Shown one piece after another: positions 36,551-43,391 of a DNA stretch of 43,391 bases (position 1 is the stretch's first letter; each line of letters begins with the position of its first letter). A model generated the notes under the pieces. The model ran no database searches. It was not told the origin of the DNA and saw only the letters and a list, made by a program, of their open reading frames with translations. The DNA comes from Bradymonadales bacterium (GTDB lineage Bacteria > Bdellovibrionota > UBA2394). A program made the position numbers and the translations under genes. The stretch spans positions 1 through 43,391 of the forward strand of contig REDG01000052.1 in NCBI GenBank assembly GCA_007693605.1, written 5' to 3'.

Positions 36551-37555
36551 TCACTGACGACGACCTCTCAAAAAGATGTCAATGGCCTTTCGATGTTCCT
36601 CATAGGTTTTGCTGAAGTGGTGAGTTCCGTCTCGTCGAGAGACAAAGAACAGATAATCCGTAGTCTCCGGAAACAGAGAGGCGCGGATGGCCAGGAGCCC
36701 TGGATTTGCAACCGGAGTTAAGGGAAGCCGAGGAATGCGATAGGTATTAAAAGGCGTATTGCGAAAAAGATGCTCTCTGGTGACGCGGCCCCCGTAGGGC
36801 AAAAGGTCGTAAACTGCCGTCGGGTCGCTTTGAAGTCGCATTCCTCTGGCGATTCGATTGTAAAAGACGCTGCTGATTCGGGGCATTTCACCGCTAAAGC
36901 CAGTTTCCTTTTCGATCATCGAGGCCATGCTGACGACCTCGTGCAAACTCAAGGGCCCCTCAAGGGCTTGCCGAAAGAGTTCGTCGGGAAGCTTATCCCA
37001 AAACATCTCGACCAGCATTCGAATGATTCTTCGAGCCGAAGTGCCCCTCGGAATGAAGTAGGTTTCAGGAAACAGATAACCTTCGACCGTATAAGAGGGG
37101 ATGTTAAGTTCGGCAACAAAGTCAGGATCCCAGGCGGCTTCCAGAAACTGAATCTCATCGACCAATCCCAGCCGCTGAAGTTGCCTGGCGATTTGGAACA
37201 TATTCGAGCCCTCTCGAATGGTCACCCGATAGAGTCGAACCTCGGAGCCGGTGATGACTCTCAAAACTTCCCAGGCACTCATTTGGTTATTGAGGTCGTA
37301 TTCACCCGCCTTCAGGTCGCCAGACTTTCCTGTCAGTCGAGCCAGATAGTAGAAGAAAGACTCGCTTTCGATCAGTCGTTCTCGAAAGAGTCGCTGAGTC
37401 ACAGACCGAAAACTCTCGTTTGGCTCAACCGAAAAGGCCACAAATCTCTGAGGCTCTGATGATTCGGGAGCCCACCACAGATAGAGGAAAAAACTCAAAC
37501 CGAGAAAGGCAAGAATTCCGACCGAAATAGACTTAAAGCTCATTTTTTTGGTCAC
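36551..37555 (-). CDS. mltG: Endolytic transglycosylase MltG (YceG)
   Basis: KAGEY, EGYLFPETY, ASMIEKET, SVFYNR, LQSDPT, FNTY, P.ANPG, YLFFV. Confidence 0.95.
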   Translation of the reverse strand: MTKKMSFKSISVGILAFLGLSFFLYLWWAPESSEPQRFVAFSVEPNESFRSVTQRLFRERLIESESFFYYLARLTGKSGDLKAGEYDLNNQMSAWEVLRVITGSEVRLYRVTIREGSNMFQIARQLQRLGLVDEIQFLEAAWDPDFVAELNIPSYTVEGYLFPETYFIPRGTSARRIIRMLVEMFWDKLPDELFRQALEGPLSLHEVVSMASMIEKETGFSGEMPRISSVFYNRIARGMRLQSDPTAVYDLLPYGGRVTREHLFRNTPFNTYRIPRLPLTPVANPGLLAIRASLFPETTDYLFFVSRRDGTHHFSKTYEEHRKAIDIFLRGRRQ

Positions 37556-37976
37556 GAATAAAAGCCTCTAAAAATAGAGCAGCCGCCAAGCTGTCTTTCT
37601 TTTTCTTCTTTCGTTTTGGAGATTGTCCCCGCAAAATTTCTTCCGCCTGCCTCGAACTCATGCTCTCATCGCAGGACCAAACGGGCAAGTCGAACTGCGC
37701 TCGAAGTTTTTTCTCCCAAAAAAGCGCAGCCGATTCGCTCGAGGATGGTCGCCCCTCGTTCTGTGGTATGCCCACCACGAGAGCCTCAACCCCTTCTTGC
37801 TCCACTATTTTTTGAAGGGCCAGAAGGTCGTTTTTAAGGCCTCGTCTTTGATATTGAGGAAGGCTGCGGATGAGCTGTGAGCGGGGGTCCCAGATGGCAA
37901 AACCCATTCGCTTCTCTCCGGTGTCGATCGCTAGCAGTCGATATTCGGTTTTTGGTTTTTCATCTCGTCTTTTCAA
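37533..37976 (-). CDS. yqgF: YqgF/RuvX pre-16S rRNA nuclease
   Basis: LAIDTGEKRMGFA, VVGIP, DESMSS, DSLAAALFLE. Start is probably TTG 37976, since the track's 38012 overlaps the divergent gene. Confidence 0.9.
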   Translation of the reverse strand: MKRRDEKPKTEYRLLAIDTGEKRMGFAIWDPRSQLIRSLPQYQRRGLKNDLLALQKIVEQEGVEALVVGIPQNEGRPSSSESAALFWEKKLRAQFDLPVWSCDESMSSRQAEEILRGQSPKRKKKKKDSLAAALFLEAFIRDQKNEL

Positions 37977-38000
37977 GACCTCTACGATAGCCTTTTTGCT

Positions 38001-38606
38001 ATGAAAATTCATACAGGACTTTTTCTCATCTCTTTGCTTTTGAGTGCTGAATTCTTAGTGGCTTGTGGGCCCAGGGAGTTTACCCGAGGCCGTTATGATG
38101 ACCCCGCGACGGTTCGGCTACTGGATGATCAGTTTAATGAAAACGATATGCAACTGATGTCTCGAGATCTTGTGGCCTCTCTGCTGGACTTTGAAGGAAT
38201 CAAGGGCAGGGATGGTAGCCCAGTGGTGATGCTGGGGCGATTTCGAAACCGAACCAGTGAGCATATTGACATGAAAATGCTGACGGACCATATGAGAACG
38301 GCGCTGATTCGCACTCAAAGATTTCGTTTTGTGGACGGGAGTTTGCGTCAAGACCTTGCGGAAGAATATGATTATCAAGCCAGTGAGTTTGTTGATCAGG
38401 CCACGGCCGTTCGAATGGGTCAGCAGCTGGGGGTAGAGTATTTGATTGTGGGAGATTTAGGCAGCATCATTCAGCAAGTCGGAAATGATAAGATCGTCTA
38501 CTACAAGATCACCATGAACTTGGTGGATGTGGCGACCAATGTGATTCTTTGGTCGGATGATCGTGAAGTTCGAAAAATCTATCGCCGCCGTTCTGTTGGC
38601 CTCTAA
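38001..38606 (+). CDS. LpoB-like (CsgG/LpoB fold) lipoprotein
   Basis: Lipobox LVAC; NRTSEHID, RFRFVD, YLIVG.L, Y..TMNLVDV.T..ILW. Confidence 0.82.
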   Translation: MKIHTGLFLISLLLSAEFLVACGPREFTRGRYDDPATVRLLDDQFNENDMQLMSRDLVASLLDFEGIKGRDGSPVVMLGRFRNRTSEHIDMKMLTDHMRTALIRTQRFRFVDGSLRQDLAEEYDYQASEFVDQATAVRMGQQLGVEYLIVGDLGSIIQQVGNDKIVYYKITMNLVDVATNVILWSDDREVRKIYRRRSVGL

Positions 38607-38612
38607 GTCGCG

Positions 38613-39899
38613 ATGATTCGGAAGCTCTGTCTGTGCGCTCTGATGCTTCTTGGAGCCACGGCCTGTGGGGGGCGTTATCAGGGAGTGGCCACAAGGGCTT
38701 GGGACCAGATGGCCCGTTCAAACACCGATCAGGCCTTGGCCGCTTACGAGAAAGTCGACCGGCCTCAAGACCAGCTCTTGAGGATTCTAGATGAAGCGAT
38801 CTTGCTTCGGGTGGCGCGTCGGTTTGAAGAAAGTAATCAGCGCTTTTTTGAGGCTGCCAGAATCTTAGAGACTCGCGATTATTTGTCACTGACTGGAGAG
38901 GCGGCAGGCCTTTTGGCAGATCAGAGGGCCGTGTTTTACCAGGGGGAAGACTTTGAAAAAGTCTTGGTTCATCTCTATCTCGCTCTAAACTTTCTGGCTC
39001 TCGAAGATCGAGATTCGGCTTTGGTTGAGGTTCGACGGGTCAACGAAATCATGACTCGATTTATTTCGGAGGCAAAAAGGCCTTATCAACTGAATGCATT
39101 TGCTCGTTATTTGGGGGCGCTTCTTTATGAGGCTTCGCGAGAGTTTAACGACGCATGGATTGCTTATCGAGCCACTCGAGAGATTCTGAGCGCCCAATCA
39201 AAAGAGGAGTGGCCGGAACTTTTGGTCGATATGGCGCGAATGGCGAAGCGGATGGGATTTCGCGATGAGCTCGAAAGCCTTAAAGAAGAGATGTCATCTA
39301 GTTCAAAGGAGCTGTTCAAGAGAGTTTCGGGCCCTCAGACGGCCTCGGTGGTTTTGCTGTTTGAGGCGGGAAAAAGCCCTCGAAAGAAGTCGCGACGGCA
39401 ACGCTACCAAGCGGATGCAGGAGATTTTTTGTTTCCCTTGGCCTACTATGAGTCTCGACCCACGCGAATTCGATTTGCCCAACTGCTTTGGGAGCCATCC
39501 AGTCAGCAGCAAGAGCTGAGTAGCAGGGTTTTGTTTGATACCGATGAGACTGGCCGCAGGCATTTAGAGCATCGAATGGGCGTGGAGGTCGGAAAGGCTT
39601 TGGCTCGGGCTGGCGTGCGTGCGGGAATTGCAACCGGCGTGGGGATTTTAACAGAGAGTGAGGATTTAGGAATTCTGGCCGGTCTTCTGCTTTTTGCCAT
39701 GACCGATGCCGACACCCGCAGTTGGTTGTTGCTGCCTCAGAGTTATCAGGTGCAGCGAGCCTTTCTAGCCCCAGGGCGCTACGCCTTTCGTCTTCAATAT
39801 CTGGATGCCAGCGGTCGTGTGATTCGAGAAGAGGCTCTCGATGAGATCGAGCTCGGCCCAGGTGAAATCAGGTTTATACAGATTCGGAGCTTCGAGTGA
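38613..39899 (+). CDS. COG3014-like TPR lipoprotein
   Basis: Lipobox ATAC; YQGEDFEKV..H.Y.ALN, ALVEVRR, ADTRSWLLLP; co-transcribed with the LpoB-like gene. Confidence 0.78.
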   Translation: MIRKLCLCALMLLGATACGGRYQGVATRAWDQMARSNTDQALAAYEKVDRPQDQLLRILDEAILLRVARRFEESNQRFFEAARILETRDYLSLTGEAAGLLADQRAVFYQGEDFEKVLVHLYLALNFLALEDRDSALVEVRRVNEIMTRFISEAKRPYQLNAFARYLGALLYEASREFNDAWIAYRATREILSAQSKEEWPELLVDMARMAKRMGFRDELESLKEEMSSSSKELFKRVSGPQTASVVLLFEAGKSPRKKSRRQRYQADAGDFLFPLAYYESRPTRIRFAQLLWEPSSQQQELSSRVLFDTDETGRRHLEHRMGVEVGKALARAGVRAGIATGVGILTESEDLGILAGLLLFAMTDADTRSWLLLPQSYQVQRAFLAPGRYAFRLQYLDASGRVIREEALDEIELGPGEIRFIQIRSFE

Positions 39900-39923
39900 T
39901 TCGGAAGTATCGCTAAGGGCCTA

Positions 39924-39999
39924 TCTGCTGCCTGGGGCTTTGAGGCTGCCGCCAAAGCAGCGAGGCGCCCACCGTGGGTAAACGCTCTGCTGCCTGGGG
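39924..39999. repeat. 14-bp direct repeat pair in a convergent intergenic region
   Basis: TCTGCTGCCTGGGG at 39924-39937 and 39986-39999. Confidence 0.8.
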
Positions 40000-40005
40000 T
40001 TTTCT

Positions 40006-40563
40006 CTACCAGCCGCCCGGACCGCCCCAACTGAAGACGAAGCGAGCGCCAATATGGTGGTGGTCGGGTCCGTCAAAAACCAGAGCGTATTGATAGAGCA
40101 TTCCAATGCCAAGCCGTGTGGTCAGCATGACATCCGCTCCAGCCGTAGCGGCCGTTGCAAATCTCAGCTTTGAGCTTTCAGCCTCTCGGCGGACTCGGGC
40201 CAAACCCGGACCAAAGGCGAGATAGGGACGAAAGTTCGAGACTTCCGTGTGAATCAAGGGAGAGAGAAAAAGGAGTTGCGCCTTATGTTTCGTGAAAGCA
40301 TGAAGGTAGGAGGCCCGAAGTCCGAACAATTCGTAAGGTCGTACATCGATATCGGCTCCAGCGGCTAGAGACTGCCCCGAACCGCTACCACGACGAAAGC
40401 TTGCCCCAAATTGCAGCCCCAGCTGCAGTTCTCCGCCACGCCACAAGGAACGGTCAAACTCAGAGCCGGAACGGGGGGGGCCGTCGGTTCGCCCCTGAGC
40501 ACTCAGCTCATAGCCTGAACCAAAGACCAGTATCAACAAAGCCAAATAGAAAAATTGTTTCAT
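40006..40563 (-). CDS. Small outer-membrane beta-barrel-like protein
   Basis: Signal peptide from ATG 40563; amphipathic strands, PYLAFGPG, IGARFVFSW near the C-terminus. Confidence 0.7.
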   Translation of the reverse strand: MKQFFYLALLILVFGSGYELSAQGRTDGPPRSGSEFDRSLWRGGELQLGLQFGASFRRGSGSGQSLAAGADIDVRPYELFGLRASYLHAFTKHKAQLLFLSPLIHTEVSNFRPYLAFGPGLARVRREAESSKLRFATAATAGADVMLTTRLGIGMLYQYALVFDGPDHHHIGARFVFSWGGPGGW

Positions 40564-40580
40564 GGAACCTGATAAAATCA

Positions 40581-40609
40581 TTGACCCAATTCTTGAGGCA
40601 ACCTTTAAT
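40581..40609 (+). promoter_or_regulatory. Putative sigma70 promoter for the candidate sRNA
   Basis: TTGACC (40581-40586), 17 nt, TTTAAT (40604-40609). Confidence 0.5.
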
Positions 40610-40614
40610 TTGAC

Positions 40615-40711
40615 AGGAGTGGAACTTAACGACAGATTAGGTTCCCTGGGCTCAATGGGAGGTCCTCCCCCGAGGATTCATTTGAAAAAATCCTGTTGGG
40701 CCCTTTTTTTT
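40615..40711 (+). ncRNA. Candidate small RNA of ~95 nt, no family recognised
   Basis: Promoter upstream; 9-bp hairpin 40621-40645; 13-bp stem 40648-40660/40691-40703 with G-U pairs that work only on the + strand; followed by T8 (40704-40711). Both flanking genes are on the - strand. Confidence 0.5.
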
Positions 40712-41372
40712 ACAAACCAGTTTGTAGAGCGTAGTGGTAGTCCTCGAAGAGAATGACTCGTTTTCGATAGAGTCTTTCGAGCGCGATCTTCATTCGCCTT
40801 CGTACTCCTTCGGTAGGTGGGAGTTGGCCCCAGCGGGCAGGGTTTGGAATGATGGAGGCTAGAAAGCAAGACTCTAAGGGCTTCAGTTCAGAGGCATCTT
40901 TCTGAAAGTAGAATTGGCTGGCTCGTTGAATGCCAATCAGGTTTTGCCCCCAATCAATGCTGTTCAGGTAGTGTTCGAGAATCTCGTCTTTCGACAGAAA
41001 GAGTTCGAGTTTGATGGTGATGAGAGCCTCTTTGAATTTTCTTGAGAAACTGCGGTCTGGCTGAAGATAGAGGTTTTTAGCCAACTGCTGAGAGATGGTG
41101 CTAGCACCTCGCAGGCGCCTACCGCTGGTTTGGCTTTCTCGCCAAGCGGCACGCATTTGAGAAAAATTAAAACCCCGATGTCGATAGAACTCGTCATCTT
41201 CCATGATCAAAACGGCCTGAATAAAGTGCCTCGGAAGTTCTTCGATGGACACAAAACCTCGTCCGGGCCTTTCTGGTAGGGGGGGCAGGCTCAAGAGCGC
41301 GGCCGCCAAAACGGCTAGATCGAGACTGAACAAAACGACAAGGCTGAGGACCAGCTTTCGGGTTGAAATCAT
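40710..41372 (-). CDS. mtgA: Monofunctional peptidoglycan glycosyltransferase (GT51)
   Basis: EDDEFYRHRG, GASTISQQLAKNL, RKFKE, KDEILEHYLN; one N-terminal TM helix; start moved to ATG 41372. Confidence 0.92.
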   Translation of the reverse strand: MISTRKLVLSLVVLFSLDLAVLAAALLSLPPLPERPGRGFVSIEELPRHFIQAVLIMEDDEFYRHRGFNFSQMRAAWRESQTSGRRLRGASTISQQLAKNLYLQPDRSFSRKFKEALITIKLELFLSKDEILEHYLNSIDWGQNLIGIQRASQFYFQKDASELKPLESCFLASIIPNPARWGQLPPTEGVRRRMKIALERLYRKRVILFEDYHYALQTGL

Positions 41373-41496
41373 GGTTTTTCGGCTGACTCTTCGGTTTTGT
41401 TTTGAGTATGATAGAAACTTCGAGCGAGAGCCAGCTCTTCTGATCGAGATAGAAAGCATTTGAGTCGAAGCGCGAATCTTTGTACAGGAGTAAAGT

Positions 41497-42624
41497 ATGT
41501 CTGACAAAACAGCGGAGTTTAAAGAGGGCCTTGAAGGCATCGTCGCAGCGAGTTCTGCAGTTTGTAGCATCGAAAACGGCGTGCTTCGATATCGCGGAAT
41601 TGACATTCACGAACTCGCCCAGAAATCTAATTTCATCGAGACGGTTTATTTGCTGTGGTATGGCAAACTCCCCACGCAATCGGAGTGGGATGACTTAAAG
41701 TCTCAGCTGGAGGCCAATGCGGCCCTGCCCGAACCCGTGATCAAGGCGATGGAGGCTTTTCCGAAAAAGGCTAATTTTATGGATGTTTTGAGAACCACGG
41801 TTTCGTTGATGGCCTTCTACGATCCTGACGAAGAAGACAACTCCATTGAGGCGAACCAAAGAAAGGCGATTCGTTTGACGGCTCAGCTTCCTCATTTGGT
41901 AACTGCCTGGGAGCATATTCGAAATCAGCGCTCTCCGGTTCACCCCAAGAAGGGCTTGGGCATTTCGGCTAATTTTTTGTATATGCTGCACGGCAAGGAG
42001 CCGACCGATCTGGAACTTCAATGTTTTGACCAGGCTCTGATTTTGCATGCCGACCATGAGTTCAATGCCTCGACTTTTGCGGCGCGAGTGACGGCCGCCA
42101 CCCTGTCAGATATGTACTCGGCGATCACAACGGCGATTGGCACATTGAAAGGGCCATTGCATGGGGGAGCGAATCAAAGGGTGATGGAGACTCTGATGAA
42201 GATCGGAGAGATCGATCAGGTGGAAAAGTTTGTGAAAGAAGCCTTTGAAAAAAAGGAAAGAATCATGGGTTTTGGGCATCGAGTCTACAAGACCGGAGAC
42301 CCCCGTGCCAAAGAGCTGAAGAGAATGTCTGAAAAGCTCAGCAAAGAAAAAGGGGACTCCAAGTGGTTTGAGATGTCGGTCAAAATGGATGAGCTGGTGC
42401 AAAAGGAAAAGGGTCTATTGCCCAATGTGGATTTTTACTCGGCCAGCTCGTATCATATGCTGGGAATTCCCTTCGAAGCCTATACGCCAATTTTTGCCAT
42501 GAGCCGAATTGCGGGTTGGACGGCTCATGTGATTGAGCAGCTTTCGAACAATCGATTGATTCGACCGAGGGCCGATTATATCGGCCTAAAAGAGGCGAGC
42601 TTCGTTCCGATGAATCAACGCTGA
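41497..42624 (+). CDS. Citrate synthase (short dimeric type / 2-methylcitrate synthase family)
   Basis: GLEG, LRYRG, LHADHEFNASTF, GPLHGGAN, MGFGHRVY, PNVDFYS, RPRA; AGGAG RBS. Confidence 0.95.
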   Translation: MSDKTAEFKEGLEGIVAASSAVCSIENGVLRYRGIDIHELAQKSNFIETVYLLWYGKLPTQSEWDDLKSQLEANAALPEPVIKAMEAFPKKANFMDVLRTTVSLMAFYDPDEEDNSIEANQRKAIRLTAQLPHLVTAWEHIRNQRSPVHPKKGLGISANFLYMLHGKEPTDLELQCFDQALILHADHEFNASTFAARVTAATLSDMYSAITTAIGTLKGPLHGGANQRVMETLMKIGEIDQVEKFVKEAFEKKERIMGFGHRVYKTGDPRAKELKRMSEKLSKEKGDSKWFEMSVKMDELVQKEKGLLPNVDFYSASSYHMLGIPFEAYTPIFAMSRIAGWTAHVIEQLSNNRLIRPRADYIGLKEASFVPMNQR

Positions 42625-42674
42625 GTCGGACCAAGAGCTGATTCGCAATATGAAAGAGTTTAGCGCGTGGACGA

Positions 42675-43163
42675 CTAGTTGACGGGTGCAAGCGTCTGTC
42701 GGTTTTTGATTCGAATCTCACATCCAGGAACATTGAGGGTGAGGTTGTAACTTTCCATCCGGTCGCGAGAGGGATCAATTTGGCCTGAAACCTGGACTTT
42801 TCCGCCTGCTGAGCCCTCAGCGCTACCGATGCCGAGTGGAACCTCTCCAGAGGAGAATGTGGATTTCGAGTCGAGAGTGGCGCTTGTCACGCCATAGTTC
42901 GTCGCGAGTTGAGCGGAGTGAGTTGTCACAATCAGTCCGGTGTTTTGATCTCGAAGGTTGAGAATCTCCGTGCGAATTCTGTTTCCTGAGATGAAGACAT
43001 TCAGTGCCATGGTGAGAGGGGGTTGACCTTCTCCGCTTACGCCTCCGATACAGTCGACTGAATGGGTGCTAAGGGTAACGGGCCCCTCAAACCTCCCTTG
43101 AAACTGCTCTCCGCAAGCACTCGCAAAAAGAATCAGACTGACTAATAGTAGAATTTGTTTCAT
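42675..43163 (-). CDS. Hypothetical beta-rich lipoprotein
   Basis: GGAGG RBS before ATG 43163; lipobox ASAC; two further Cys residues. Confidence 0.75.
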   Translation of the reverse strand: MKQILLLVSLILFASACGEQFQGRFEGPVTLSTHSVDCIGGVSGEGQPPLTMALNVFISGNRIRTEILNLRDQNTGLIVTTHSAQLATNYGVTSATLDSKSTFSSGEVPLGIGSAEGSAGGKVQVSGQIDPSRDRMESYNLTLNVPGCEIRIKNRQTLAPVN

Positions 43164-43191
43164 GATCAAACTGCCTCCGCTCTGTAATAAT

Positions 43192-43208
43192 TGCAAGGCT
43201 TGTGCCAA
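43192..43208 (-). promoter_or_regulatory. Sigma54 (RpoN) -24/-12 promoter
   Basis: Minus strand TTGGCAC-AAGCC-TTGCA is an exact match to TGGCAC-N5-TTGCW, about 30 nt upstream of the lipoprotein start. Confidence 0.8.
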
Positions 43209-43232
43209 GGGGAGCGGAGGGGGGCGGAAAAG

Positions 43233-43256
43233 TAAGTCAATGATTCTAGGCACTTA
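43233..43256. promoter_or_regulatory. IHF-like / pseudo-palindromic site upstream of the sigma54 promoter
   Basis: TAAGT-N14-ACTTA; the minus strand contains AATCATTGACTTA, one mismatch from the IHF consensus WATCAANNNNTTR. Confidence 0.45.
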
Positions 43257-43391
43257 GCGTGAGGCTTCCGAGTGATTTCAAGAGCGTTTGAGACATGGAT
43301 GGGGCAGGCTTTAGGACGAAAGTCCCAGTCTCTAAATCTAGCGCAGGGAGACATAACTGACAGAGGAGGCGTGGAAGTTTTGATTGTGAGA

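Noticed and set aside
36770..37459. Long antisense ORFs (e.g. 229 aa opposite mltG, 185 aa opposite plsX, 186 aa opposite mlaC)
   Set aside because: They lie opposite well-supported genes, have no motifs, and are explained by codon bias on the coding strand.
39924..39999. Mini-CRISPR interpretation of the 14-bp direct repeats
   Set aside because: The repeats are too short, there are only two copies, and there are no cas genes.
41373..41606. N-terminal extension of mtgA overlapping citrate synthase
   Set aside because: The extension has no family features; the TM anchor begins right after ATG 41372.

Overview
A 43.4 kb, roughly 50% GC, gene-dense stretch of core bacterial chromosome. Gene content points to a Gram-negative deltaproteobacterial-type lineage, probably Bdellovibrionota-like; this is inferred from the MYXO-CTERM-like tail, the stand-alone M17 N-domain, a divergent MreB paralogue and the LpoB/COG3014 pair. 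I found no mobile element, CRISPR array, tRNA or rRNA. The first half carries an M16B peptidase pair, a HAD-fold protein with trmJ, a membrane-anchored matrixin, a rhodanese, an orphan ilvC, the yceD-rpmF-plsX-fabG-acpP-fabF-rpiB-glyA run, a LON N-domain protein, nusB, pepA, an orphan motB, an MreB paralogue and an EAL phosphodiesterase. The second half carries a tolC / ino1-CDP-alcohol phosphatidyltransferase-mlaC-transglutaminase-radA run, peptidoglycan genes (MltD-like, SH3, mltG, lpoB-like, mtgA), flagellin glycosylation genes (maf, pseB, pseG-like) and citrate synthase. The most notable observations are: (1) a probable inositol-phospholipid synthesis operon coupled to lipid-trafficking genes; (2) three intact ORFs that have lost their catalytic residue (HAD, DcyD/ACC-deaminase fold with an Arg-rich tail, PseG); (3) a 156-bp element bounded by 29-bp inverted repeats upstream of pepA; (4) a candidate ~95-nt sRNA with its own promoter and terminator at ~40615-40711; (5) repeated leaderless-type promoters, including one probable bidirectional -10 element. 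All calls come from reading motifs by eye; no database searches were run.
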